Shown piece by piece: positions 28,768 through 38,085 of a stretch of DNA of 64,000 nucleotides. The notes beneath the pieces were generated by a model that worked only from the letters and a program-made list of their open reading frames with translations, ran no database searches and was not told the origin of the DNA. Position 1 is the first letter of the stretch. Each line of letters opens with the position of its first letter. Origin of the DNA: an uncultured Burkholderiales bacterium (GTDB lineage: Bacteria; Actinomycetota; Acidimicrobiia; IMCC26256; JAGPDB01); assembly GCA_964516875.1 (NCBI GenBank), contig CAZFAO010000004.1, positions 24,161-88,160 of the forward strand, written 5' to 3'. The position numbers and the translations under genes are program-made.

Positions 28768-30048
28768 TTAAGCCTCTGCCCCATTGCCCGAAGGCTTGTA
28801 AAACTCAACGTCCACACCATCAGGTAAATATTGCTGTTCGACCGATCCACCAAAATCATGAGGATAGAGATACTTTGCTTGCTTCGAGTTTTTATCTCGC
28901 GCCGGATTTTTTTCGTTCACCGATTGCGTCACAGTGTCGCGCAAGTGATGCGGCACTTCTCCCACGGGCGAGTTACGCACATAAGCCAGTGCAGCATCAA
29001 TAGCAATGTAAGCGCTGTTTGATTTTGGTGCACGCGCAACGGAAAGAGCAGCGTGGGCAAGAATGATTCGCGCTTCGGGCATGCCACACATTTGAATCGC
29101 TTGCGCAGCCGACGTCACCAACGTGAGCACACGCGAGTCGGCAAGACCGACATCTTCGCTCGCCGCGATCATGATACGTCGCGCAATCGCCAGTGGATCT
29201 TCACCCGCATCGAGAAGTCGCGCAAGATAATAGACGACGGCATCTTCATCAGAACCGCGCATGGATTTAATAAATGCAGACAGAGTGTCGTAGTGTTCTT
29301 CGCCACCCGTGGGACGTTGACGAGATCCGAGAACACTTTTCAGAAGTTTTTCATCGGCTTCATGTGTGGTCGTCGCAGAAATGAGTGTTTCTAAAACACC
29401 GAGCGCGAAACGCACATCACCACCGGACGAATGCGCAATCGATTCCAACAGCTCGGGTGCTACTTTGACATCTGCTTTCGCGAGCTGGTCATCTTGCGTC
29501 AGCGCACGTTCGAGCAACGCAATGATATCTTCTTCTGTCGGTGGCGTGAGCGGATACACACTCATTCGAGAACGAAGAGCGCCCGAAAGAGAAACGTAAG
29601 GGTTTTCTGTCGTTGCGCCAATGAGTCGAAATGTTCCTCGTTCGACATGAGGCAAAAGTGCATCTTGTTGCACACGCGTGAGACGATGAATCTCGTCAAC
29701 AAAAACAATGGTGTGAAGATTGCGTTCGCCTAGACGCAACGCCGCAGCACTCGCGATATTTTTGATATCGGAAACAGAAAGACTCATGGCCGAAAGCATT
29801 TCGAGATGGTGATTACTTTGTGCTGCGATCACAGAAACAATGGTTGTCTTGCCACATCCGGGTGGACCATAAAGAATGAAACTCGCCGATGGTGATGATT
29901 CAATAATGGAACGGAACGGCCGACCCTTGTCGATGAGTTCGTGATGGCCGACGATTTCTTCGAACGTTTTCGGACGCATACGAGCAGCCAGCGGCGCGTG
30001 AAGGTCACGCACTTCGTTTGCATTCTCGCTAAAGAGGCTCGATGTCAT
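28768..30048 (-). CDS. rarA: Replication-associated recombination protein A (AAA+ ATPase)
   Basis: 426 aa with Walker A YGPPGCGKTT, Walker B VFVDEIHR and the MgsA C-terminal domain. Confidence 0.93.
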   Translation of the reverse strand: MTSSLFSENANEVRDLHAPLAARMRPKTFEEIVGHHELIDKGRPFRSIIESSPSASFILYGPPGCGKTTIVSVIAAQSNHHLEMLSAMSLSVSDIKNIASAAALRLGERNLHTIVFVDEIHRLTRVQQDALLPHVERGTFRLIGATTENPYVSLSGALRSRMSVYPLTPPTEEDIIALLERALTQDDQLAKADVKVAPELLESIAHSSGGDVRFALGVLETLISATTTHEADEKLLKSVLGSRQRPTGGEEHYDTLSAFIKSMRGSDEDAVVYYLARLLDAGEDPLAIARRIMIAASEDVGLADSRVLTLVTSAAQAIQMCGMPEARIILAHAALSVARAPKSNSAYIAIDAALAYVRNSPVGEVPHHLRDTVTQSVNEKNPARDKNSKQAKYLYPHDFGGSVEQQYLPDGVDVEFYKPSGNGAEA

Positions 30049-30104
30049 TATTGTTCTTCCGTATACGTTGGCATGTATTCTCGCATATTTGGTTGCGATC
30101 TCTC

Positions 30105-30137
30105 CGCGTGGTCTCCCGACCAGCTTTGGTCACCCCT
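30105..30137. repeat. Weak repeat related to 16722-16763, in reverse orientation
   Basis: CGCGTGGTCTCCCGA and AGCTTTGGTCACCCCT are reverse-complement matches to the two blocks at 16751-16763 and 16722-16734, with small indels. It contains GGTC-TCCC-GACC. Confidence 0.35.
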
Positions 30138-30158
30138 GGTCAAAAACCCTTATTTTTA

Positions 30159-30188
30159 TTGACTTTTTTGAAGGTTCTTTGATATTAT
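30159..30188 (+). promoter_or_regulatory. Candidate sigma-70-type promoter for the DUF222/HNH gene, probably giving a leaderless mRNA
   Basis: TTGACT (30159-30164), an 18-nt spacer, then TATTAT (30183-30188). The first ATG of the conserved protein part is at 30197, only 8 nt after the -10 box, and there is no SD. Confidence 0.45.
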
Positions 30189-30196
30189 ACGTACAT

Positions 30197-31459
30197 ATGT
30201 TTGATACTAGCATAACGTTATCTGAGCTAGAAGACACTGTAACGCACCTACAAAAGGCCCTGCTCAGCAGTACTATTTCATCGCAGGATATGTGCGCTGT
30301 CGTATCTTTTCGTCAGCTGGTGGACTCTACGTGCGATCAGATTATTGCGCGCTACGAACGCGCTGGAGATTGGCAAGAAAAGGGATATCTCTCTGCCAAA
30401 TCAGCAGTTGTTCATGAAACAGGAATCACCCGGCGCTCGACTGATCGATCGTTGGTAACGGGGTCATTGCTCGCGCACTACCCCGTTATCACCAACGCAC
30501 TTGGTACACATTCCATCACACACGATCATCTACATTTTCTCCTTCCTCTCATGAATGAAAAATACTGTGAGTTTTTTGATGACGATGTTGACCTTCTCAT
30601 CGAAACCGCCAAGACGGTCAACGCTGAACAGTTCTCTCATGTTGTGCGCCACTGGAAAAATATGGTGAATGCACTTATCGATGAACCCAGCGATGAATAT
30701 CTTGCCTTCCAAAAACGAAAACTGTTTTTGAATGAACTTCTCGATGGAACGTGGTTGATTCACGGCGAACTCGATTGCGTAACAGGGCGAATACTCGAGA
30801 AAGCATTGCGTGACGTATCTGAGAAATTATGGCGTACAACGTCACCAGAAAATCGTGGCGAATACTCAGCTGCGCAACAACGAGCAGATGCTATTGGATA
30901 TTTAGCTCAAGGATATGTCACATCTGAAAATGCTGCAGAAACTGCTGTGGGTGCTCAAGCAGAAACGAGAACACAGTTCCGTTACACACCAAACGCCACT
31001 CTCAACGTAGACATCATTGTGGATGCTGACGACCTCAACACGGATACAACAACTCGTGACTTTCTTAAAAAGTGCCTCGATGCATCATCGCCACTGATTA
31101 ATACACACTCACAATCATTTGTTGAACAGATCTTGTGTGATTCCAGCTTGATTGTTCCCGTAAAAAATGACAACGGAACGTATGATCTCGGTCGATCAGC
31201 CAGAACCGCGCCATGGAAATTAAAACGACAACTTCTTCTTTCGCATTCAACCTGTTCCGTGCCGGGATGCACGACACCGTCGAGATGGTGCGACGCTCAC
31301 CATATCGACCATTGGGCACATGGCGGAAAGACCGCAATGGATAATCTTGCACTGTTATGTCGGCGCCATCACACGATGATGCATAACGACAAAACTTTCG
31401 CGCAACGCATCGAACCGATTTTGCGGGTGAAACCGCCACCGTTAGCCAGTACGGGATAG
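30197..31459 (+). CDS. DUF222-domain HNH endonuclease (13E12-repeat-family-like)
   Basis: The C-terminus CSVPGCTTPSRWCDAHHIDHWAHGGKTAMDNLALLCRRHHTMMHND is an HNH nuclease motif. The N-terminal region (AGDWQEKGYLSAKSAVVHETGITRRSTD) resembles DUF222. The track start TTG 30068 is probably too long. Confidence 0.88.
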   Translation: MFDTSITLSELEDTVTHLQKALLSSTISSQDMCAVVSFRQLVDSTCDQIIARYERAGDWQEKGYLSAKSAVVHETGITRRSTDRSLVTGSLLAHYPVITNALGTHSITHDHLHFLLPLMNEKYCEFFDDDVDLLIETAKTVNAEQFSHVVRHWKNMVNALIDEPSDEYLAFQKRKLFLNELLDGTWLIHGELDCVTGRILEKALRDVSEKLWRTTSPENRGEYSAAQQRADAIGYLAQGYVTSENAAETAVGAQAETRTQFRYTPNATLNVDIIVDADDLNTDTTTRDFLKKCLDASSPLINTHSQSFVEQILCDSSLIVPVKNDNGTYDLGRSARTAPWKLKRQLLLSHSTCSVPGCTTPSRWCDAHHIDHWAHGGKTAMDNLALLCRRHHTMMHNDKTFAQRIEPILRVKPPPLASTG

Positions 31460-31470
31460 GGCCGCGCTTG

Positions 31471-33261
31471 TTATTCTTCGTCGACTAAAAATTCTGGACG
31501 CACAGACAAACCCAATTCCTTGAGTTGTGCTTCGTCAATTCGCGATGGCGCTTTCGACAATGGGTCGTGTCCTGTTTGAGTTTTTGGATACGCGCTCACT
31601 TCTCGAATGTTATCTTCTCCGGCCAAAATTGCAACGAGACGATCGATACCAAATGCATAACCAGCGTGAGGAGGTGCACCATAACGGAACGCATCGAGCA
31701 AAAAGCCGAAACGTTTCATCTGCGTTTCTTCATCAATGCCGAGAATGTCGAAGATGTGACTTTGAATATCACGGCGATGGATTCGAACCGAACCCGAACC
31801 TAACTCCCACCCGTTAAGAACAGCATCATAACTTTGTGAACGGATGGAACGGACGAAAACTTCATCGAGTTCTTCGCCGTTCTTGACTTGTTGAGAAAGA
31901 ATTTCGACTTTCTCGCGATCGTCATCATGAGGCATTGTAAACGGATGGTGTGCAGGGACAGGCTTACCCTCGCTGTTTAATCCTTCGAATAAAGGAAATT
32001 CCGTGACCCACAAAAACTTGAGGGGTGGATCAGAAACAGGTGGCCGCAATAAATCGTTACGCAAGGTCCCCAACACATCGCATGTGGTGTGCCAGTCAGA
32101 AGCAACAAGTAAAAGCAAGTCACCCTCTTTTGCGCCCGTTGTTTTTAGCAAAGCAGCAATTTCGGTTTCGGTCAAGAACTTCGCGACGGGCGAATCAACA
32201 CCATCTTGCGTAACGCGCATCCATACCAAACCACCAGCGCCAAGTTTCTTAGATTTTTCTGTCATGTCATCGAGTTTGGAACGCGACATTGCACCTTCGC
32301 CTTCAATGCACAACGCTTTAATGCTCTCAGCTTGAAACGCACGAAATTCCGTCGACGCAAAAAGTTCGGTGCATTCGATTAAGAGAGTTCCGAAACGAAG
32401 ATCGGGTTTATCAATCCCGTATTGGTCCATGGCGTCAAACCATGTCATGGTGTCAAAGGTTCGCTCCACACCATGAGCCACAGATTCAGCCACCAATTCG
32501 AGAGACTGCGTAACAGATGCAAGGACGTCATCTTGCGAGCCAAAACTCATCTCCATATCGAGCTGAGTAAATTCAAACTGACGATCAGCACGCAAATCTT
32601 CATCACGAAGACACTTAGCGATCTGGAAATATTTATCAATACCGCCCACCATCAACAATTGTTTAAACAACTGAGGAGATTGTGGAAGTGCATAGAACTT
32701 TCCCGGACTCAACCGCGACGGAACCACAAAGTCACGCGCACCTTCAGGAGTTGACGCAATCAACAGCGGCGTTTCCACTTCGGTGAAACCCTGCTCGGTG
32801 AAAGATTGACGGATAGCGGCATTGACAGCAGCACGAATTTTAAGATTGCGCTGAATGCGCGGACGGCGCAGATCAAGATAACGATATTGATAACGAATCT
32901 GCTCATCAACATTGTCTGCTTTGTCGAGCTGGAACGGTAACGGGTCGCTGGTATTGAGAACCTCCACGTGAGAAGCATGCACTTCAATTGTTCCTGTCGG
33001 AAGTTCGGGGTTGATAGTTCCTTCCGGACGCGAAGCAATGACACCCGTGATATGCAGGCAATATTCGAGACGGACATCTTTGACAAGCTCGAGCTCAGAC
33101 ACCCCGGGGTCAGCGACGACCTGGACAATTCCCTCTCTATCACGCAAGTCAAAAAAGACAATTCCACCATGGTCACGGCGAGCATCAACCCATCCACACA
33201 GTTGAACGACATCACCGATTTTCGCCTCAGATGTTTGAGTACTGTAATGTGTCCGTAGCAT
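31471..33261 (-). CDS. aspS: Aspartate--tRNA ligase
   Basis: MLRTHYS...VQLCGWVDARRDHGGIVFFDLRD is the typical N-terminus, and class II motifs are present. I prefer the ATG at 33259-33261 (AGGAG 9 nt upstream) over TTG 33297. Confidence 0.96.
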   Translation of the reverse strand: MLRTHYSTQTSEAKIGDVVQLCGWVDARRDHGGIVFFDLRDREGIVQVVADPGVSELELVKDVRLEYCLHITGVIASRPEGTINPELPTGTIEVHASHVEVLNTSDPLPFQLDKADNVDEQIRYQYRYLDLRRPRIQRNLKIRAAVNAAIRQSFTEQGFTEVETPLLIASTPEGARDFVVPSRLSPGKFYALPQSPQLFKQLLMVGGIDKYFQIAKCLRDEDLRADRQFEFTQLDMEMSFGSQDDVLASVTQSLELVAESVAHGVERTFDTMTWFDAMDQYGIDKPDLRFGTLLIECTELFASTEFRAFQAESIKALCIEGEGAMSRSKLDDMTEKSKKLGAGGLVWMRVTQDGVDSPVAKFLTETEIAALLKTTGAKEGDLLLLVASDWHTTCDVLGTLRNDLLRPPVSDPPLKFLWVTEFPLFEGLNSEGKPVPAHHPFTMPHDDDREKVEILSQQVKNGEELDEVFVRSIRSQSYDAVLNGWELGSGSVRIHRRDIQSHIFDILGIDEETQMKRFGFLLDAFRYGAPPHAGYAFGIDRLVAILAGEDNIREVSAYPKTQTGHDPLSKAPSRIDEAQLKELGLSVRPEFLVDEE

Positions 33262-33346
33262 GCGCGTTTCTCCTGAGAGATTGTGTAAATTATTCAAAGT
33301 TGGGTATTCGGATATAGGTTATTCGAAAGAGGAGGCACGACACCGC

Positions 33347-34159
33347 ATGGGACTATTACGTCGATCAGGAAATGGGCAAGGAAATGCTCAGGTTCCTCAA
33401 ACGCGCACTGTTCAACCACCGCAACCAGCACAACCGCCGCAACAAGCACCCAATGCTCCCGAGCTCTACGAACAATTAGCCGAAACAGCCCACACGCGAT
33501 TCATCTACCCAAGCGACCCCATTGTTGATCGCATGCTGATAGCTCTCGGAGCCGAACCCATCTTCGACAATGGCCACACCTTCCAACGACAAGGATATGG
33601 CAATATCGGTTTCCGCGCATTTACCCTGCCGTCAACACTCCACATTGAAATAGGCCGACCCTCAAAACCCGATGAATTCCCCGATGGCGTCACAGGATTC
33701 ATTCCCATTGTCTTGCGATCATCGGATGGATTAATTTTTGCTGCTCTCGATATTTCTTCACAAAAATGCAAGATCCAATTGGGAACAACATGGAATGCAA
33801 TGCATGAATTCTTTAGCGAAACAACCGACATTCCTCCTCTCTCAGATTTAATTGCCAATGCTGGATTTTCCCAAACACCACAAGAGCCATCCGAGCGCCA
33901 TTTACGATTCCACGTGGACGGAGCTTCGATTATGGGAACGATGTCACATATTGAACTTGCACAAAAGAAACTAGGTTCTGGCTATTCGCAAAAAGACTTC
34001 GATGCACTCGTCACCGAATTACGAAAGCCTTTTGTCGAAATAGGAAACCAACGTGTTGGGCTCCTGAGAACGTTCATGGCCGCGCAAGCACCTGAAGAAA
34101 CATTACTGAACGCAACAGAATCGAACGTTTCTGCACCGCACGCATTCGAGAGTCGTTAA
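33347..34159 (+). CDS. Hypothetical protein with a Gln/Pro-rich N-terminus and no recognised domain
   Basis: The ATG at 33347 has GGAGG 11 nt upstream. An alternative ATG at 33260 shares a CATG with the aspS start. About 270 aa with no TM. Its stop overlaps the stop of the convergent pilX-like gene (TTAA at 34156-34159). Confidence 0.55.
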   Translation: MGLLRRSGNGQGNAQVPQTRTVQPPQPAQPPQQAPNAPELYEQLAETAHTRFIYPSDPIVDRMLIALGAEPIFDNGHTFQRQGYGNIGFRAFTLPSTLHIEIGRPSKPDEFPDGVTGFIPIVLRSSDGLIFAALDISSQKCKIQLGTTWNAMHEFFSETTDIPPLSDLIANAGFSQTPQEPSERHLRFHVDGASIMGTMSHIELAQKKLGSGYSQKDFDALVTELRKPFVEIGNQRVGLLRTFMAAQAPEETLLNATESNVSAPHAFESR

Positions 34160-35958
34160 CCACACGCGCTATCGCACGGAATATCTTTCGTCGTTGAGCG
34201 AATAAATGTTGCCAATGCATCGCGCAACATATACGGTGGCTGCGCAGAACCAAAACGCGGATCCCACGTGAAGGACTTGTGCCATCCTGCGGTCACTTTC
34301 CCGCTTCCCGTTGATTCAATTGCGCCAAATGTACCTCGATAATAACTCACCATGGCACCATTAATTGTGAGTGTTGGCGGATTGTTAACATCGGTCACCG
34401 TTGAATCATTCCAACGGTCATTGTAAATTGTTCCCTGGTAGGATTCGGTTTGTTTGCCTGCCCACAACAGTCCATCAACTTCTTTTGAACTACATGGTCC
34501 CGTTTGGGGAACTCCATCGTTGTAACAATTCAAAATGATGTCTTTGCTCGCGTAAAGACCAAGAAGGTCGGTACTCAACGATGAGTCCACATACGTTAAC
34601 GAATTAGCAACAGAAATCGAACCGGTTGAAAAGATAGTCAACTCCCCTTTTATTTTTCCGGATACGGTCACCGTTCCTGCACCGTTTGAAGGATTGACAC
34701 TCAGCACGCCATTGGAAGGAATTCGATACCATCCTTTGTCAACGCCATCGATGACAGGACGCATCATGCCATTCATATCGCGCTGTGAGACATCAGGATT
34801 GGTTTGGTCGTATCGAAAGTCGATGCGGATATTATTTCCGGACAAAACATAGCGATCTGCATTCTCCGTTGCAGCAATCGATGTCAACCGTGAACCGTTC
34901 TCATCACCAATACGTTGCGGCAAAGGAAACTTCGACCGAGCTGCTGTAAAACGTGTTGTTGTAATTCCAGAACTGCCATTACACGCTGAAAAATTACTAC
35001 CCGATGTTGCCGCAGCTGCGGTCACAGAACCAGCGGCATTCACTGAGTCATACCCCGACGTGATCCAGTTTTTTGAGCCCGATGACTGCGTGACACCAAA
35101 ACCGTCACATACATATACATGAGAATCGTTGGTATGAATATTGCCCGCAACGGCATCGTTTGCCGCATAAGCATTATCGAGTGATTTAACACGAGCTTGC
35201 AGAGCAACATCTGAAACTTTCTCATACACTTGCGGTGCGACTTCTTCTGTTTCACTCATCACAACATGCTGAATAAAGTCACGTTTACGGATCTTTTGTT
35301 GATAGCGAGAAAAAACACATCCCGTGGGTTGATCGACATCTTGTGTGTTGAGACACATGTGACGCACAACAATGTCCACAACGTACTCGGTACGTGCGCT
35401 GTTTGCATTTTGATAATCACTTGTTGTCGATCCCGAACTTATCGACTTCAACTCTCCTGCATTGCCGAAAGGATTCGTCACAACTTTATTAATGCGCAAT
35501 TTGAAGCAAGGCAGTTTATTATCGGTCGTCGATGCAGACGTCAACCCGCACTCTTGAATGATTCCATCATCGCTGATGCTGTACCACTGAGCGCTCCATC
35601 GATAGACCTGAGTCATGACGGTCGATGAATCATACGTACTGCCCGATGAATGAGTTGTATCTAAAAGATTCGAAACAGGAGACGTTCCATTGTTGTCGAG
35701 AAAGTTCATTGATGCCGATGTAATGAGTTCATTAGCGTTGTCCTGATTGACGACGGCATACAGAGAATCGAGGGTTGATTCGGCAGCATTTCGTGCCTCA
35801 ATTGTTGCTCGGTTTCTCGACGTCGAAACGAGATCAGCAATCGTCAGTGCGGTGATGCTTGAGACAATCATCACGGCGAGAAAACAAATCGATAAAACGG
35901 TGATGACAACAAAACCGTCATCGTCTTTTCGGAGTAGTCGTTTGCTTTTCATGACCAT
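34156..35958 (-). CDS. PilX-like minor-pilin / pilus-associated large protein
   Basis: Starting at ATG 35956-35958, one nt after the upstream stop: MVMKSKRLLRKDDDGFVVITVLSICFLAVMIVSSITALTIADLVSTSRNRATIEARNAAES... This is a short basic leader, one hydrophobic helix, then an R-x-x-A...A-AE pattern like PilX_N domains. About 600 aa, Ser/Thr/Asn/Gly-rich and probably beta-rich. There is no Glu at +5. Confidence 0.7.
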   Translation of the reverse strand: MVMKSKRLLRKDDDGFVVITVLSICFLAVMIVSSITALTIADLVSTSRNRATIEARNAAESTLDSLYAVVNQDNANELITSASMNFLDNNGTSPVSNLLDTTHSSGSTYDSSTVMTQVYRWSAQWYSISDDGIIQECGLTSASTTDNKLPCFKLRINKVVTNPFGNAGELKSISSGSTTSDYQNANSARTEYVVDIVVRHMCLNTQDVDQPTGCVFSRYQQKIRKRDFIQHVVMSETEEVAPQVYEKVSDVALQARVKSLDNAYAANDAVAGNIHTNDSHVYVCDGFGVTQSSGSKNWITSGYDSVNAAGSVTAAAATSGSNFSACNGSSGITTTRFTAARSKFPLPQRIGDENGSRLTSIAATENADRYVLSGNNIRIDFRYDQTNPDVSQRDMNGMMRPVIDGVDKGWYRIPSNGVLSVNPSNGAGTVTVSGKIKGELTIFSTGSISVANSLTYVDSSLSTDLLGLYASKDIILNCYNDGVPQTGPCSSKEVDGLLWAGKQTESYQGTIYNDRWNDSTVTDVNNPPTLTINGAMVSYYRGTFGAIESTGSGKVTAGWHKSFTWDPRFGSAQPPYMLRDALATFIRSTTKDIPCDSACG

Positions 35959-35959
35959 C

Positions 35960-36967
35960 TCACCCCGTAAACTTATCTGAATAGGCGCCTTCATCGTTAT
36001 AGGTTTTTGCACCATTGAGAAGAACTGTTTGTGAGTAGTGATAATTTTTCTTGATGTCGGTTCCGTCCGAGTTATTTTTTCCCGTGTCGTATAAAACATT
36101 CATTGTGACGTTGACATAGAGGATGTCTGCCGTATTGCTTCCAGCTGTCCCATCAACAAAATCAGGAGTGGAAGAATTAATCGTTGTGTAAGAAAAGATA
36201 TTGATGCGAGGTTGAAGCAATGAATCGACGGGAGTGCCCAAGTCAAGAACTTCTCGATAGCTATTTTCAACCAAAGTCCATCCTGAAACAGATTCATTAG
36301 AAGCAAAGTAATGCATGTTTGAATCTCGATATTCACATTCCACGTAATACATCATGTCTTCACTTGTTGCTTGATCTGTTTGAGGAGCACACGGCATGGA
36401 CACAACCGATGCAGTTCCAAAACCGATGTCAGCGCCCGTGGAGTCGTAATGAGCATTAAGACCTGCGCCGCCACGAAATAAACACGCAGTGCGAAAAGGC
36501 TTGGAATAATCAATCACATCGTCGCTCCCGGGTGAGAGATCAAGAAACCAGCACATTGAATTGGGAAGAACTCTCATCATCACATGGCCTGTCTCGTAAT
36601 ATTCCAAACAATCAGCGCTTGAACCAGAAAATGTTGGTGTGCCACTTTCGATTGCCGGAGTTGCAGGATCATCTCCTCCGTTCTCGATGCGGCGGAGATA
36701 CACCTCATAGGCACTTTGCAGTTCATTGCTTTTCCAGACAGTGCAGCGAAGCGTTGATTGTGCAGATGCAACATCTTTGAGGATCCGCGAAAGCGCAAAT
36801 CTCGTATTCGTTGACACTTGTTGTTTACTCAGCAGTGCTGCGCCGCTCGAAAATGTCGAGAACAACACACTGATGGCCATTGTGAGAACAATCACTCCCA
36901 CCAAGATTGCAATACATACTTCAACGAGACTAAAACCTGAGTCGCGTGAGGTATCAAGAGTTTTCAT
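35960..36967 (-). CDS. Prepilin-type N-terminal cleavage/methylation domain protein (pilin-like)
   Basis: MKTLDTSRDSG/FSLVEVCIAILVGVIVLTMAISVLF is a canonical class III signal: Gly at -1, Phe at +1, Glu at +5, then a hydrophobic helix. 335 aa with several Cys. It overlaps the upstream gene by 1 nt. Confidence 0.78.
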   Translation of the reverse strand: MKTLDTSRDSGFSLVEVCIAILVGVIVLTMAISVLFSTFSSGAALLSKQQVSTNTRFALSRILKDVASAQSTLRCTVWKSNELQSAYEVYLRRIENGGDDPATPAIESGTPTFSGSSADCLEYYETGHVMMRVLPNSMCWFLDLSPGSDDVIDYSKPFRTACLFRGGAGLNAHYDSTGADIGFGTASVVSMPCAPQTDQATSEDMMYYVECEYRDSNMHYFASNESVSGWTLVENSYREVLDLGTPVDSLLQPRINIFSYTTINSSTPDFVDGTAGSNTADILYVNVTMNVLYDTGKNNSDGTDIKKNYHYSQTVLLNGAKTYNDEGAYSDKFTG

Positions 36968-38070
36968 TACAGATTCCCCGTATGCAGAGCTGGTATTTCT
37001 GAGAGAGCCGATTGTGATGCTCCTGCATTGTCGACAGAAAATGTTGGTTGGATATCAGTTGCCTGGTGAGCCAAGAGGTAGGGAAACCAAATACATCCAG
37101 ACGCACTGTCACGTGTTCGTGTCACTTTCCATGGATTGACAGAATCAGGATTGGGATACATTGTCACCTGCTCGCCGACAGCTGAAATAACTCCCACGCG
37201 CGTACCAGAAGCAAATTGAAACGAATCAACCGGCACGCTCTCCCGTTTCGTCACTGTCATTGATTCGGTTCCTCCATGTCCGTTGGGGAATGTGATGCTG
37301 ATTCGTCGCGCTAATGTATCCGGCATTTTTGCAGAAGCGACAATTTGATTGCAGCTACTTTTTTTATTGAGCGGAGGAGTCACAATCCCGTCGGTTGCAC
37401 CGATTTTTTCGAACCAGTAATCAACTGTCACGTCAAAGGAAGCTGTTATACCGTCATCATTGATAATCATCCGATGCGTAAAGCTTTGATCACCTAATTC
37501 ACAAACATGTGATGTATATTTTCCATCGTCATCGCCATATTCATCACAGAATTTTTTTGCCGTTACTTTATCAATCGGACGCGATGACACTTCTCCGTTG
37601 TCATCAACACTGAGGTGTACCGTTCCGTTTTGATCAACATAGGAATTAACACGCCCATTGACATCTTCGCGCGATCGCTCCAGTGCACTCAACGCACATG
37701 CTTGAACACGATCCCATGGTCCACGAAGTGACACCTGATCTGAACCGGAATACGAATCGCTCGAAGCACTCTCGCTAGAAGTCTCTTCCGTAACCGTGTC
37801 AACATCAAGTCCACATCCGCTTGCTGCCATCATTTCATGTAAGGAGTTGACGTAAGCAACAGCGCGATCACGTGTCTCTATTTGGATGCGCGCTTCCGCT
37901 AGATTTCCGACCTGTTGAACAACGGCGGTAAAAACGAGAAGAAGAATTGTTGATGCAACAAGAACTTCGACGAGCATAGATCCAGCATCGTTGCTGTCTG
38001 AACTGTCGTTCAGAAACCGGATGTGTCGGTGTGCGACTCTATGCTTCCCCACAAGGGGATTTATCGGCAA
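36967..38070 (-). CDS. Prepilin-type N-terminal domain protein (pilin-like)
   Basis: ...NDSSDSNDAG/SMLVEVLVASTILLLVFTAVV has Gly at -1, Glu at +5 and a hydrophobic helix. About 367 aa with 6 Cys. The start is TTG 38070 or GTG 38052. It begins 15 nt after the hisS stop. Confidence 0.7.
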   Translation of the reverse strand: MPINPLVGKHRVAHRHIRFLNDSSDSNDAGSMLVEVLVASTILLLVFTAVVQQVGNLAEARIQIETRDRAVAYVNSLHEMMAASGCGLDVDTVTEETSSESASSDSYSGSDQVSLRGPWDRVQACALSALERSREDVNGRVNSYVDQNGTVHLSVDDNGEVSSRPIDKVTAKKFCDEYGDDDGKYTSHVCELGDQSFTHRMIINDDGITASFDVTVDYWFEKIGATDGIVTPPLNKKSSCNQIVASAKMPDTLARRISITFPNGHGGTESMTVTKRESVPVDSFQFASGTRVGVISAVGEQVTMYPNPDSVNPWKVTRTRDSASGCIWFPYLLAHQATDIQPTFSVDNAGASQSALSEIPALHTGNL

Positions 38071-38085
38071 TATAGGTCAAAAGAA

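Noticed and set aside
30197-31459. HNH protein as part of a restriction or defence system
   Set aside because: No adjacent methyltransferase, helicase, ATPase or immunity-like gene is present. The neighbours are rarA and aspS.
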